A DNA stretch of 32,000 nucleotides from Candidatus Electrothrix yaqonensis (GCA_047651235.1 CP178758.1:390001-422000); one strand, 5' to 3'; shown: positions 7,298-15,840, counted from the first letter of the stretch. Made by a program: numbers and translations. Notes: generated by a model from the letters alone, not told the origin.

Positions 7298-8440
7298 ATG
7301 AAAATGACAAAGTACCTTTCTATCCTGCTCATCTGGCTGTTCATTACCCCTGCAATGGTGATGGGGTTCAGTGCCGAATTCAGCGGGGATGAATTAAGTG
7401 AACAGGCAAAACAGGAAAATCTTAGGCGTACGCAGAATCTGGTTGAAAAAATTGAGGCATATATGCGGGAGAATGACGCCTTTGTCGGTGCGATGTCACG
7501 GCGCGGCGCAGGGGATCCGGAAACAGGGGTTTCCGATACCGACACCCTTGATCTTACGGGTATGGCCCACACAGGCTTTATCCTGAGAAGCGGATTTTCC
7601 AAAGATGCCGACTACATTACCTTCAATCTGGTGCGAAAAAAAGGCGCGAAAAAGGTCGGCTCTGACGAATACGACCTCAGTCAGCTGAAAGTATGGAGCC
7701 TGCCGAACTTTTTTATCGGTTCTTTTGAAAAAGACGCCATTGTCTTTTTACCGGAAAAAAAGCTGCAGCTCAAACTGTGGAATCTTCTCAGGGCAAACGG
7801 TGCTCTGGAGATTGAGGAGAAAAAAAGATTTCTGAAGGACGAGGACGGCAAACAGCTGCTCGACGATCAGGGGAAACCGCGCTTTATAACGGATCTGCTC
7901 ATTAAAAACGGCGCGTTCGCCCTGCTGCATAACCCGGAATACAATCTCCTGTCCGACTATGCGGAACCCTCAACTCAGAACTGCAACGAACATCTTCTGA
8001 AAACCTATATCGGTATCCGTGATTTCTGGCATCTGGCAGAGGCCGGGTCTGACGGCGACGGCACAGGCGTCACGGATGAGGCTCTGAAGAACTATCGACG
8101 GGAGATAGTAAAATCAATAGAAACCAATTTTACCCCCTCGCAGATGATCCTTTCGCGGACCAAATCCACCTTTGCCTTTGTCCAGAATATCCGTTTCGGA
8201 GAACGGCATGAAGAATCTCCCTCGTTGCTCGGACTGAAATTGAAAAGGGAAAAGTTCAGCGTTGTCGGGGTTGACAGCTTCTGCAACCCGAAAAATCAGC
8301 AGTATCTCGGCTGGAGCGATTTCAAGGTATTCAGGGAAAAATACGATTCTGCTGCAGGCTGGTCTGTTGAGGACTGGGGCAAGAATTATGTTAAGGTCAA
8401 CCGGCTGACCGGCCGGAAGAACGAAATCGAACTGAAGTGA
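7298..8440 (+). CDS. Secreted protein, DUF2145-like
   Basis: 380 aa with signal peptide MKMTKYLSILLIWLFITPAMVMG. The segments VGAMSRRGAGD...LDLTGMAHTGFILRS and ...AEPSTQNCNEHLL resemble the DUF2145 pattern I recall (ARsG.DLs..G..YSHaG ... QNCN.w..e). The family assignment is tentative. Confidence 0.7.
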   Translation: MKMTKYLSILLIWLFITPAMVMGFSAEFSGDELSEQAKQENLRRTQNLVEKIEAYMRENDAFVGAMSRRGAGDPETGVSDTDTLDLTGMAHTGFILRSGFSKDADYITFNLVRKKGAKKVGSDEYDLSQLKVWSLPNFFIGSFEKDAIVFLPEKKLQLKLWNLLRANGALEIEEKKRFLKDEDGKQLLDDQGKPRFITDLLIKNGAFALLHNPEYNLLSDYAEPSTQNCNEHLLKTYIGIRDFWHLAEAGSDGDGTGVTDEALKNYRREIVKSIETNFTPSQMILSRTKSTFAFVQNIRFGERHEESPSLLGLKLKREKFSVVGVDSFCNPKNQQYLGWSDFKVFREKYDSAAGWSVEDWGKNYVKVNRLTGRKNEIELK

Positions 8441-8899
8441 TCACTCCTTCGGCATATTGAACAGAAAGCGCAAGAAAAGCCCGCTTCACCATTACCGGCA
8501 GCGGGCTTGATGGACTTCGCTCCCCCCTCCATTCCCCGGTGCGCACCCGCACCATTTCTTCCACTTCCACCAGCAGGACGAAAATCTTGCTGTCGCCGAT
8601 TTTGCCGCTCAAGGCAGCTTCCCGCACCGCATTGACAGCCTTGTACAGGCTCTCACGATTCATCCCGGCCTTTCCGGCCGGATATCCCAAGGCGACAAGG
8701 AAAACCTTGGCGGCCGATCAAGCTGGCCTTCCATAAACGCAGGAAAAAAATATGCTATTAGAAGAGCGGAACGGCTTAACTTAATGGCAGTGTTCCCGAT
8801 GATCGGGTGAATGCGGACGCCGCTGTGCTGCGAGAGTTCGTCCAGGCGGGCAAGGGTGATTTTATTGGCAAGGGCAGCTGATACCAGACCGTAGTTCAT
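8397..8899 (-). pseudogene. P-II (GlnB-family)-like gene split over two frames
   Basis: Frame A (8899-8660) begins MNYGLVSAALANKITLARLDELSQHSGVRIHPIIG. Frame B (8690-8397) carries ...KVFLVALGY...AVNAVREAALSGKIGDSKIFVLLVEVEEMVRVRTGE, which matches the P-II C-terminal signature (T-G-x-x-G-D-G-K-I-F-V ... R-I-R-T-G-E). The T-loop region is AT-rich and does not read through. Frame B overruns the terminator hairpin. Confidence 0.45.
8470..8508 (-). terminator. Hairpin between convergent genes; terminator-like on the minus strand
   Basis: AAGCCCGC (8477-8484) pairs with GCGGGCTT (8501-8508). On the minus strand the stem is followed by TTTTCTTGCGC. Confidence 0.5.
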
Positions 8900-9071
8900 G
8901 GCTCTGCTTTTTGCTGCCGGTGATGCGTAGCGTTATGTGGATGAAAAAGGATCGCCAGCTTATAGGAGATAGCCGCAGGGAAAACCTTGTGTTGCCCTTA
9001 GCCGTCCCATACGGTATTATAACGGGCTGGCCCGGAGGCCCGGCCTCTTTACGTCTATAAATTGTATGGAT

Positions 9072-9142
9072 AAAGGGCGGCACCTCTGTGTCCGCCCTTT
9101 TATAGTTTTGTTTATGAAAATCGGGCAGACACGCAGGTCTGC
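9072..9142. repeat. Two GC-rich stem-loops of the same family as the 28.55-28.98 kb cluster
   Basis: AAAGGGCGG (9072-9080) pairs with CCGCCCTTT (9092-9100), followed by TATAGTTTTGTTT. GCAGAC-ACGCAG-GTCTGC lies at 9125-9142. Compare GCGGAC-ACGCAG-GTCCGC at 28590-28607. Confidence 0.55.
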
Positions 9143-9175
9143 TCCTGTACTGAGCTGAACCAAAGTAAAATAATC

Positions 9176-10279
9176 ATGCCGACAACCTACCAGCCCAACA
9201 AACCGGACAACGTTGATTTTCTTGAAGCCACCTTTCGTAAAATTTTCCCCCAGGACAGTGGGTTCAGGGACAAGGCTACAGCACGCCTTGAGCAACTGAC
9301 CATGCCCCATTGGGCTTTGGGTGATCTTATGGATCTGGCTGTGGATCTGGCCGGGATGACCCGTTCTCTGCATCCGCCGGTAAAGCGCAAACGGGTGGTG
9401 GTCATGGCAGGTGATCATGGGGTTACGGCGGAAGGGGTGTCGAAATTTCCCTCCGAAGTCACAGCCCAGATGATCTACAACTTTGTCAGCGGCGGCGCCG
9501 GAATCAATGCTCTGGCCCGGCAGGCCGGGGCTGAAGTAACAGTGGTGGATATGGGTTGTGCTGCTGATCTGTCCGATCTGGTCAAACAGGGCAAGATTAT
9601 CTCCAAACAGATTGCGGCAGGCACGGCTAATATGGCCCAGGGGCCAGCCATGACCCGCACCCAGGCGGTTATGGCTGTGGAAGCTGGCGTTGAAGTGGCC
9701 AATGCAATGGCGCCGGAGGTGGATATCTTTGCCACCGGCGAGATGGGCATCGGCAATACAACGCCGAGCACCGCTATTGTTGCGACGTTGACCGGCAAAA
9801 GCGTGAACGAACTGACCGGGCGGGGCACCGGCCTGGAGGATGCCCAGTTCGAGCATAAGAAAAAGGTGCTGGAGCAAATCCTGCAGGTGAATAAACCGGA
9901 TGCCGAGGACGGGCTGGATGTGCTGGCCAAAGTGGGCGGCTACGAGATCGGCGGCATTGCCGGGCTCATCATCGGGGCAGCTGCCAACCGGAAGCCGGTG
10001 GTGGTGGACGGTTTTATCTCGACTGCCGGGGCCATGATCGCCTGTAAGTTGGAACCTATTGTCCGCGACTACATCATCTGCGCTCATCGTTCTGTGGAGC
10101 AGGGCCATGCGGCTATGCAGGAAAAAATCGGCTGCAGGCCGTTGCTGGATCTGAACCTGCGTCTGGGAGAAGGGACCGGTGCGGCTCTGGCCATGAACGT
10201 GGTTGAGGCGGCCGTGGCTGTACTCACCGAAGTGGCCACTTTTGCTGATGCCGGGGTGAGCGGTGCCTCGGCTGCATAG
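9176..10279 (+). CDS. cobT: Nicotinate-nucleotide--dimethylbenzimidazole phosphoribosyltransferase
   Basis: 367 aa with ...MAGDHGV..EGVS.FP.EVT.QM..NF..GGA.IN... and GEMGIGNTT, plus C-terminal LGEGTGAALA, all hallmarks of CobT. Confidence 0.95.
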   Translation: MPTTYQPNKPDNVDFLEATFRKIFPQDSGFRDKATARLEQLTMPHWALGDLMDLAVDLAGMTRSLHPPVKRKRVVVMAGDHGVTAEGVSKFPSEVTAQMIYNFVSGGAGINALARQAGAEVTVVDMGCAADLSDLVKQGKIISKQIAAGTANMAQGPAMTRTQAVMAVEAGVEVANAMAPEVDIFATGEMGIGNTTPSTAIVATLTGKSVNELTGRGTGLEDAQFEHKKKVLEQILQVNKPDAEDGLDVLAKVGGYEIGGIAGLIIGAAANRKPVVVDGFISTAGAMIACKLEPIVRDYIICAHRSVEQGHAAMQEKIGCRPLLDLNLRLGEGTGAALAMNVVEAAVAVLTEVATFADAGVSGASAA

Positions 10280-10398
10280 TTCCCATGTTCAAACACAGAA
10301 CAGGGAACCGGCGGAGAAAGATTTCCGGAAACCGGCTGCGGAAGCCCGCTGCCAAAACAGAGAGGGCGGAGAGGGAAGAACGGCAGCACCGGCAGCAT

Positions 10399-11190
10399 GT
10401 GGACAGAATTCTTGTACGGTATATCGAATCGTTCGTTGCAGCTGTCCGGTTCCTCACCGTGATTCCTCTGCCCGGCAGCCTGGGCAGCAGTTCCAGGGAA
10501 CTGGCCGGTGCAGTGCCGTTTTTTCCCCTGATCGGTCTGCTGCTCGGCTGTATCGCCCTTCCGTTGGCCAAGGGACTGCAGCTTTTTTTACCACCCCCGG
10601 TCACAGCAGTATCGGTTACTTTGCTCCTCCTCTCCTTTTCCGGCGGTCTGCATCTGGACGGTCTGGCTGACACGGCAGACGGTTTTTTCAGCTCCCGACC
10701 GAAAGAGCGTATTCTGGAGATCATGCGGGATTCAGCAACCGGGGCAATGGGCGTTATCGCGCTCATTCTTCTGCTTGTCTGCAAGATCACCTGCCTTGCC
10801 TCCATGCCTGCTGACCGGCTGCTTGTCGCGGTTTTTCTGATGCCTCTGGCCGGGCGTACAGCTATCCTGCTGCTCATGGCCATGCTCCCTTATATCCGGC
10901 CGGAAGGCGGTCTGGGCAGTCTGTTTTCCGCCTATTTTAATAATTCACATGCCCGGGCCGTTTCACTGGCTGCGCTGCTGGTATTCGGCGGAATCACTTG
11001 GGGAGCAGTTGGAGTGCAGGGGCTTCCAGTCGTATTTGCAGTCCTGCTGCTTGCCGCCCTGTTTGCCGCCTTCTGCCGCCGGAAGATCGGCGGGGTCACC
11101 GGCGATACCCTCGGCGCAGTCTGCGAGCTGGCTGAGGCAGTTGTCGCCTTTGTTTTTGTCTGCCGGATCGGAGGCGGGGTCTGGGTATGA
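10399..11190 (+). CDS. cobS: Adenosylcobinamide-GDP ribazoletransferase (cobalamin synthase)
   Basis: Polytopic membrane protein. It has FLTVIPLPG near the N-terminus, LHLDGLADTADG and GGVTGDTLGA. I prefer the GTG at 10399 (263 aa). The frame is open from the ATG at 10285, but the extra 38 residues are R/K/E-rich and unlike CobS. The stop overlaps the next ATG (ATGA). Confidence 0.88.
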   Translation: MDRILVRYIESFVAAVRFLTVIPLPGSLGSSSRELAGAVPFFPLIGLLLGCIALPLAKGLQLFLPPPVTAVSVTLLLLSFSGGLHLDGLADTADGFFSSRPKERILEIMRDSATGAMGVIALILLLVCKITCLASMPADRLLVAVFLMPLAGRTAILLLMAMLPYIRPEGGLGSLFSAYFNNSHARAVSLAALLVFGGITWGAVGVQGLPVVFAVLLLAALFAAFCRRKIGGVTGDTLGAVCELAEAVVAFVFVCRIGGGVWV

Positions 11191-13808
11191 TGGACATGAG
11201 CGGGCACGGCGGCAATATCACAGAACTCGCGGCCCGGCTGGGCTGCAGGCCGGAAGAGATCCTCGACTTTAGCGCCAACATCAACCCCCTCGGCCCTCCT
11301 GAGTACCTCTGGAATATCCTGGCGGCCCGGCTGCCGGAGCTTGTTCATTATCCAGATCCGGAGTCGGCAGAACTGGTGCGGGCCATTGCGAGGCAGTACC
11401 GGCTGCCTGCGGAACAGATCGTGCCGGGTAACGGCACCTCGGACCTGCTCTATACGGCCATCCGTGTTCTTGCGCCTGTCCGGGGCAAGCGGATTAAACG
11501 GGCCGTGATTCCAGTGCCTGCCTATATTGATTACCGCCATGCCTGCGAACAGGTCGAGCTTGAGGTACTGCCTCTGCCGCTGTACGCAGAAGATGATTTT
11601 CAGCCTGATCTGGAGCAGCTCTCCGCCCGTCTCCAACCCGAAGACCTCGTTATTCTTGGTCAGCCCAATAACCCCACCGGCAGGATGAACGACCGGGATG
11701 CCCTGCTGGCCCTGGCTGATCAGCATCCGGATGTCCTTTTCCTGCCGGATGAGGCCTTTGCCGGATTTGTCCTAGGATATACCTCATTGGCAGGCTGTCG
11801 GGAAAATATCATCACCCTCTGCTCTCTGACCAAACTCTTTGCCGTACCCGGTCTGCGACTGGGCTTTCTTGCTGCTTCGGAAACGATCTGTCGTCAGATC
11901 AGGCAGCAGATCGCGCCTTGGTCAGTTAACTCCTTGGCGCAGGCTGCCGGTGCGGCCATGCTTGGAGATACGGAGTATATCCGCAGGACGCAGGAGCTGA
12001 TTACGGAGAATCGGAAGAAGCTCTGCTGCGAGCTGCAATCTATCCCGTCGCTTCGGGTGGTTGCAGGTACAGCCAATTTTCTTCTCATCCGGCTTGCCGA
12101 TAAATTATCCGCCGCCGAACTGGCAGAGCGGCTACTGCACCAGGCAAGGATTGCCATTCGGGTCTGTACCAACTATGAAGGGCTGAACGGACAGTATGGG
12201 CAATATTTTCGCCTTGCCGTACGCCTGGAAGAGGAGAACAAGCGCCTTATCAATGCGTTGCAGGATGTTTTACTGCCGGAGAAGCAGAAAACCTCTGCAC
12301 AGGCGAAGCGAAAAAAAACGCCTTCCCTGATGCTCCTCGGCACGGGTTCGGATGTGGGCAAAAGTGTGCTGGTGGCCGGACTCTGCCGCGTTCTGCTCCA
12401 GGACGGAGTGCGGGTGGCCCCGTTCAAGGCCCAGAATATGTCCCTGAATTCCTATGTGACCAGAAACGGCGGTGAAATGGGCCGGGCCCAGGTAGTCCAA
12501 GCCCAAGCCTGCCGCCTTGATCCGGATGTGCGCATGAACCCGGTTCTGCTCAAACCCTCCTCGGATGTGGGCAGTCAGGTAATTGTCCTCGGCAGGCCGG
12601 TGGGTAATATGCGGGTGACCGAGTATGTCCGCTATAAGGAGCAGGCCTGGCAGGAGGTTTGCCGGACATACGACAGTCTGGCAGCGGACTTTGACTGCAT
12701 CATCCTGGAAGGGGCAGGCAGTCCGGGCGAGGTCAACCTGAAATCGCACGATATCGTCAATATGCGCATGGCGGAATACAGTCAGGCCCCGGCTCTGCTG
12801 GTGGGAGATATCGACCGGGGCGGGGTCTATGCCTCCTTTATCGGTCATGTGGAGGTGATGGCGCCCTGGGAGCGCAGGCTGCTGGCCGGGTTTGTGGTCA
12901 ACCGCTTCCGGGGAGATGCCTCCCTGCTGGAGGATGCACATCGTTTTGTGGAGCAGCGCACCGACAGACCGGTGTTCGGGGTGGTTCCCTGGCTCACTGA
13001 TATAGGCCTGCCTCAGGAGGATTCGGTGAGCTTCAAGGCCGGATTATACGACAGCGTAGAACCTGCGGAAGAGCATGTGGAGATCGCCCTGATCGATCTG
13101 CCCCATATTTCCAATTTTACCGATCTGGAGCCTCTGCTGGAGGAAAAAGATGTCTGGCTGCGTACTGTGCGCCGGACCGATGAGCTGGGTGAACCGGATT
13201 GCATTATCCTGCCCGGTTCCAAGAACGTAGTCGGGGATCTGGCTTGGCTGGAACAGACCAGCTTGGGCGGGGCAATCAAACGGCTGGCAGGGCAGGGCAG
13301 GGAGGTGGTCGGTATCTGCGGAGGATTCCAGATGCTCGGCAGATCCGTTGCCGACCCGCACGGTATTGAGGGCGAATCGGGCAGTTGCCTCCAAGGGATA
13401 GGCCTGCTGGATCTGACCACTGAACTGGCCGCAGATAAAACTCTGACCCGCAGGGAAGGGGTACATGTGCCGTCAGGCCAGCCGGTGCATGGCTATGAGA
13501 TCCATCATGGCCGAACCGGCAATGATAGCCGGACAATAGCAACAGCCCCTCTGCTGACCTTCAGCGACGGAGCCTCCTGCGGCTTTGCCGATCAGACCGG
13601 CCGGATCTGGGGCAGCTATCTGCACGGTATTTTTGATTCCGACCCGTTTCGCCGCTGGTTCATCAACCGCCTGCGGGAGGGCAGGGGACTGCTGCCTTTC
13701 AGCGGCCAAGGGGCCAAGTATGATCTTGAACCGGCTCTGGATCGGCTGGCCGAGGTGGTTCGGCAGGAGATGGAGATGGACAGAGTATACCAGTTATTGA
13801 GAATTTGA
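11187..13808 (+). CDS. cobD/cobQ: Fusion protein: threonine-phosphate decarboxylase (CobD/CobC-type aminotransferase fold) + cobyric acid synthase (CobQ/CbiP)
   Basis: One uninterrupted 873-codon frame. The N-terminal ~360 aa reads HGGNITELA...ILDFSANINPLGPP...LGQPNNPTG...SLTKLFAVPGLRLGF (CobD type). After the linker EKQKTSAQAKRKKTPS, the rest reads LMLLGTGSDVGKSVLVAGLCRVL...APFKAQNMSLNSYVT..GGEMGRAQ..QA and a GATase-like tail (ICGGFQMLG...GYEIHHGRT). Confidence 0.9.
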   Translation: MMDMSGHGGNITELAARLGCRPEEILDFSANINPLGPPEYLWNILAARLPELVHYPDPESAELVRAIARQYRLPAEQIVPGNGTSDLLYTAIRVLAPVRGKRIKRAVIPVPAYIDYRHACEQVELEVLPLPLYAEDDFQPDLEQLSARLQPEDLVILGQPNNPTGRMNDRDALLALADQHPDVLFLPDEAFAGFVLGYTSLAGCRENIITLCSLTKLFAVPGLRLGFLAASETICRQIRQQIAPWSVNSLAQAAGAAMLGDTEYIRRTQELITENRKKLCCELQSIPSLRVVAGTANFLLIRLADKLSAAELAERLLHQARIAIRVCTNYEGLNGQYGQYFRLAVRLEEENKRLINALQDVLLPEKQKTSAQAKRKKTPSLMLLGTGSDVGKSVLVAGLCRVLLQDGVRVAPFKAQNMSLNSYVTRNGGEMGRAQVVQAQACRLDPDVRMNPVLLKPSSDVGSQVIVLGRPVGNMRVTEYVRYKEQAWQEVCRTYDSLAADFDCIILEGAGSPGEVNLKSHDIVNMRMAEYSQAPALLVGDIDRGGVYASFIGHVEVMAPWERRLLAGFVVNRFRGDASLLEDAHRFVEQRTDRPVFGVVPWLTDIGLPQEDSVSFKAGLYDSVEPAEEHVEIALIDLPHISNFTDLEPLLEEKDVWLRTVRRTDELGEPDCIILPGSKNVVGDLAWLEQTSLGGAIKRLAGQGREVVGICGGFQMLGRSVADPHGIEGESGSCLQGIGLLDLTTELAADKTLTRREGVHVPSGQPVHGYEIHHGRTGNDSRTIATAPLLTFSDGASCGFADQTGRIWGSYLHGIFDSDPFRRWFINRLREGRGLLPFSGQGAKYDLEPALDRLAEVVRQEMEMDRVYQLLRI

Positions 13809-13838
13809 TCATACCTGTCCTCTCAGATTCGCCAAAAT

Positions 13839-14807
13839 CTACCTACATACATCACCATTTGCAGGTTTCATCATGAATCCTCTTTCCTGTCTTACTTCTT
13901 GGGTTCCGGGAAAACTTGTCAAATCTATCGGAGTGCCATTGAGAGCAGCTTTGTAGAACTCACTGATGCAAGGATTACTTTTCTGCCCGTTCTTTGTACC
14001 ATTCTTGGTATGTGCAATAAAGTAACGGTGCCCGACTCCTGTATTCGACAGGTCAATATATTGTGCGCGCATTGAGGTCTCTGAGTTTTTCAGGCCCTTC
14101 CCAAGGCGTCGTCCACGCAATATACCTGCTTTTTTCAAAGCACTGTCGTTATCATTTAAAGTAACAAAGACGTGCTTTGCCAGTGCTGCCTTGTTCAGCC
14201 ATTTAGAGTGCCCCTTGGATTTTGAAGCTGAGCTGCTCAATACCAGCACGTCAACCAGGTCAGGTTTAATCTCGTCAGAATATGTGTCAATCGTTTCTTC
14301 TATTACAATACTGCCCATGCTGTGTGTCAGGAGAGAAAAGCGAATCCCTTTCAAACGACCCGAGTTTTTTTGCTTGTATGTATCTAATTGCTTCAGGATA
14401 TGAAAAAAAATATCAGAAGCGGCCCTTGCTTCCTCACCAGGAAAACCAACTGGTCCTCCTTTGTCTGAGCCTGCCCAGTTGAATAAAACAACCTTGATAT
14501 TATACTCACTTTCAATAAAAGGCAACATCTGTTTGATTGCCTTTTCCGGATGCTTAACCTTTCCTCCTCCTCGGCCATGTACGAACATAACGATATTTTT
14601 TTTCTTTCCCTCAGGAAAGGTATCCATTATGCTGTCTAACGCGCGGCTCAATTCGCTAACCTCAAAGCGAGAACCATCCGCAAGTATCAATTGGTTTTTG
14701 TGCGTGTTATCTGTCCGTCCGTCGGACTGCAATGCGCAGCATCCAGAAAGTGCAAGAAAGAGCAATGTTGACAAGCTGCTCCTGAATACTATAATGATTG
14801 CTTTCAT
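13839..14807 (-). CDS. Lipoprotein alpha/beta hydrolase, DUF900 family
   Basis: The ATG at 14807 is preceded by AGGAG. The track ORF extends to 14894 without an RBS. Signal/lipobox MKAIIIVFRSSLSTLLFLALSGC. Core: VMFVHGRGGG...VVLFNWAGSD...LLTHSMGSIV (GxSxG nucleophile elbow). AT-rich codon usage. Confidence 0.8.
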   Translation of the reverse strand: MKAIIIVFRSSLSTLLFLALSGCCALQSDGRTDNTHKNQLILADGSRFEVSELSRALDSIMDTFPEGKKKNIVMFVHGRGGGKVKHPEKAIKQMLPFIESEYNIKVVLFNWAGSDKGGPVGFPGEEARAASDIFFHILKQLDTYKQKNSGRLKGIRFSLLTHSMGSIVIEETIDTYSDEIKPDLVDVLVLSSSASKSKGHSKWLNKAALAKHVFVTLNDNDSALKKAGILRGRRLGKGLKNSETSMRAQYIDLSNTGVGHRYFIAHTKNGTKNGQKSNPCISEFYKAALNGTPIDLTSFPGTQEVRQERGFMMKPANGDVCR

Positions 14808-14829
14808 ATATCTCCTCATTCTTATTGGT

Positions 14830-15327
14830 CTAATTGCTTTTCTTGATAAGATGCGGCACCTTCTTAAAGACTGGATTTTTGTATATGCCACCACATGAAT
14901 CTTTATAATTTTTTATTACAAATTTATATCGCTCTTCACGGGAGTAACTGTTATAATAAGGAGAATCTTTCCTTAATGGATGTAGTGATATTAGTCCCCA
15001 ATAGACTGTTCCTTCTTTTGTATTGTTCTTTGCGAGACCAGCTCTTGCTTTTAACTCAACTAAAAGATCAGTAGTTTCGTCTTCTTTTAACCCGACTGCA
15101 CTTGATAACGTTTTTAAATTTCTCCATAATCCTGTAGGTTTTAATTCGTATGGATCACAGAGCATCATTGCCAAGTTTTCTTTTCTAATTTTCCGAACCT
15201 CATCTTTTTCTTTATTCATGTATTTCTCTTTGGCAATATCACTGCACACAACCAGCAATGCCCCAATAAACGCGGCGAGTATTGTTTTTGCAAAGTCTTT
15301 CCACCTTTCTGTTTCAATGTGAGGCAT
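14830..15327 (-). CDS. Hypothetical membrane-anchored protein (165 aa), co-oriented 22 nt upstream of the DUF900 gene
   Basis: N-terminal TM helix (FAKTILAAFIGALLVVCSDIA). The central segment GLWRNLKTLSSAVGLKEDETTDLLVELKARAGL...GTVYWGLIS looks like a winged helix. No family recognised. Confidence 0.6.
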   Translation of the reverse strand: MPHIETERWKDFAKTILAAFIGALLVVCSDIAKEKYMNKEKDEVRKIRKENLAMMLCDPYELKPTGLWRNLKTLSSAVGLKEDETTDLLVELKARAGLAKNNTKEGTVYWGLISLHPLRKDSPYYNSYSREERYKFVIKNYKDSCGGIYKNPVFKKVPHLIKKSN

Positions 15328-15471
15328 TTTGTATTATTTAACTGAAAATTAAAGGCTATAGTTTTATGAACTTATTTTATAGAAATCATCAATAAATAAA
15401 AAAGTCAAGTTTAAAAAAAATTACCTGTCCGACTATCTGAGCAGGATGGGCTATGTAAAAGGAATGCAAAA

Positions 15472-15840
15472 ATGACGAACTCCCCGGAGTTCCGCCCCGG
15501 ATTCCGTCTCTCCGCAGTTGATATTATCGTGCTGATCCTTGGAGCTGTCTGGTCTATTCTGCTGCACGGCATGGATAATCCGCTGGGCCTATTGATCTTT
15601 TTTACGTTTGCCCATTTTTTTCTGTTCTGCAATGTGCTGCGTATGCGCCGCAGCTTTGAGCTGATCTGGGCTGCGCTTTTTCTCCTTGCTGCAGGCAGCA
15701 GTCTATTTTTCCGGGTTCCGGGCTGGCCGGGCACCATCGTCATTATGTTAGGGATCACTGTAATCCTGGCCATCCTGCAGATGCGTCAGCCATCCTATCA
15801 CGGCGTTTTCTGGAAACGGATCAACCCCGATCTGCCGTAA
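15472..15840 (+). CDS. Hypothetical integral membrane protein (122 aa, about 4 TM)
   Basis: ORF with hydrophobic segments IIVLILGAVWSILL, LGLLIFFTFAHFFLFCNVL, LIWAALFLLAAGSSLFF and IVIMLGITVILAIL. GC content is typical of the core genome. Confidence 0.65.
   Translation: MTNSPEFRPGFRLSAVDIIVLILGAVWSILLHGMDNPLGLLIFFTFAHFFLFCNVLRMRRSFELIWAALFLLAAGSSLFFRVPGWPGTIVIMLGITVILAILQMRQPSYHGVFWKRINPDLP

Noticed and set aside
8905-9110. Cobalamin riboswitch upstream of cobT
   Set aside because: The location is attractive. There is a B12-box-like GGCCCGGAGGCCCGGCC (about 12 of 16 matches to the consensus) and a terminator-like hairpin at 9072-9100 with a T-run. However, the core elements I expect (AGGGAA..GGTG..AA.CC and GCCACTG) are not present in recognisable form, and the hairpin belongs to the dispersed stem-loop family. 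A cmsearch with RF00174 would settle it.
9017-10108. 363-aa minus-strand ORF
   Set aside because: It lies antisense to cobT. Its R/G/H/P-rich composition is typical of the reverse frame of a GC-rich gene, and it has no motifs.
10280-10398. Riboswitch-like fragments or a basic N-terminal extension in the cobT-cobS spacer
   Set aside because: The purine-rich 119-nt spacer contains AGGGAACCGG...CCGG, GCCCGCTGCC and GGGAAG, which faintly echo cobalamin-riboswitch core pieces. It is too short and lacks a B12 box. Read as protein (MFKHRTGNRRRKISGNRLRK...), it is unlike any CobS N-terminus. I left it as an unexplained spacer and placed the cobS start at GTG 10399.
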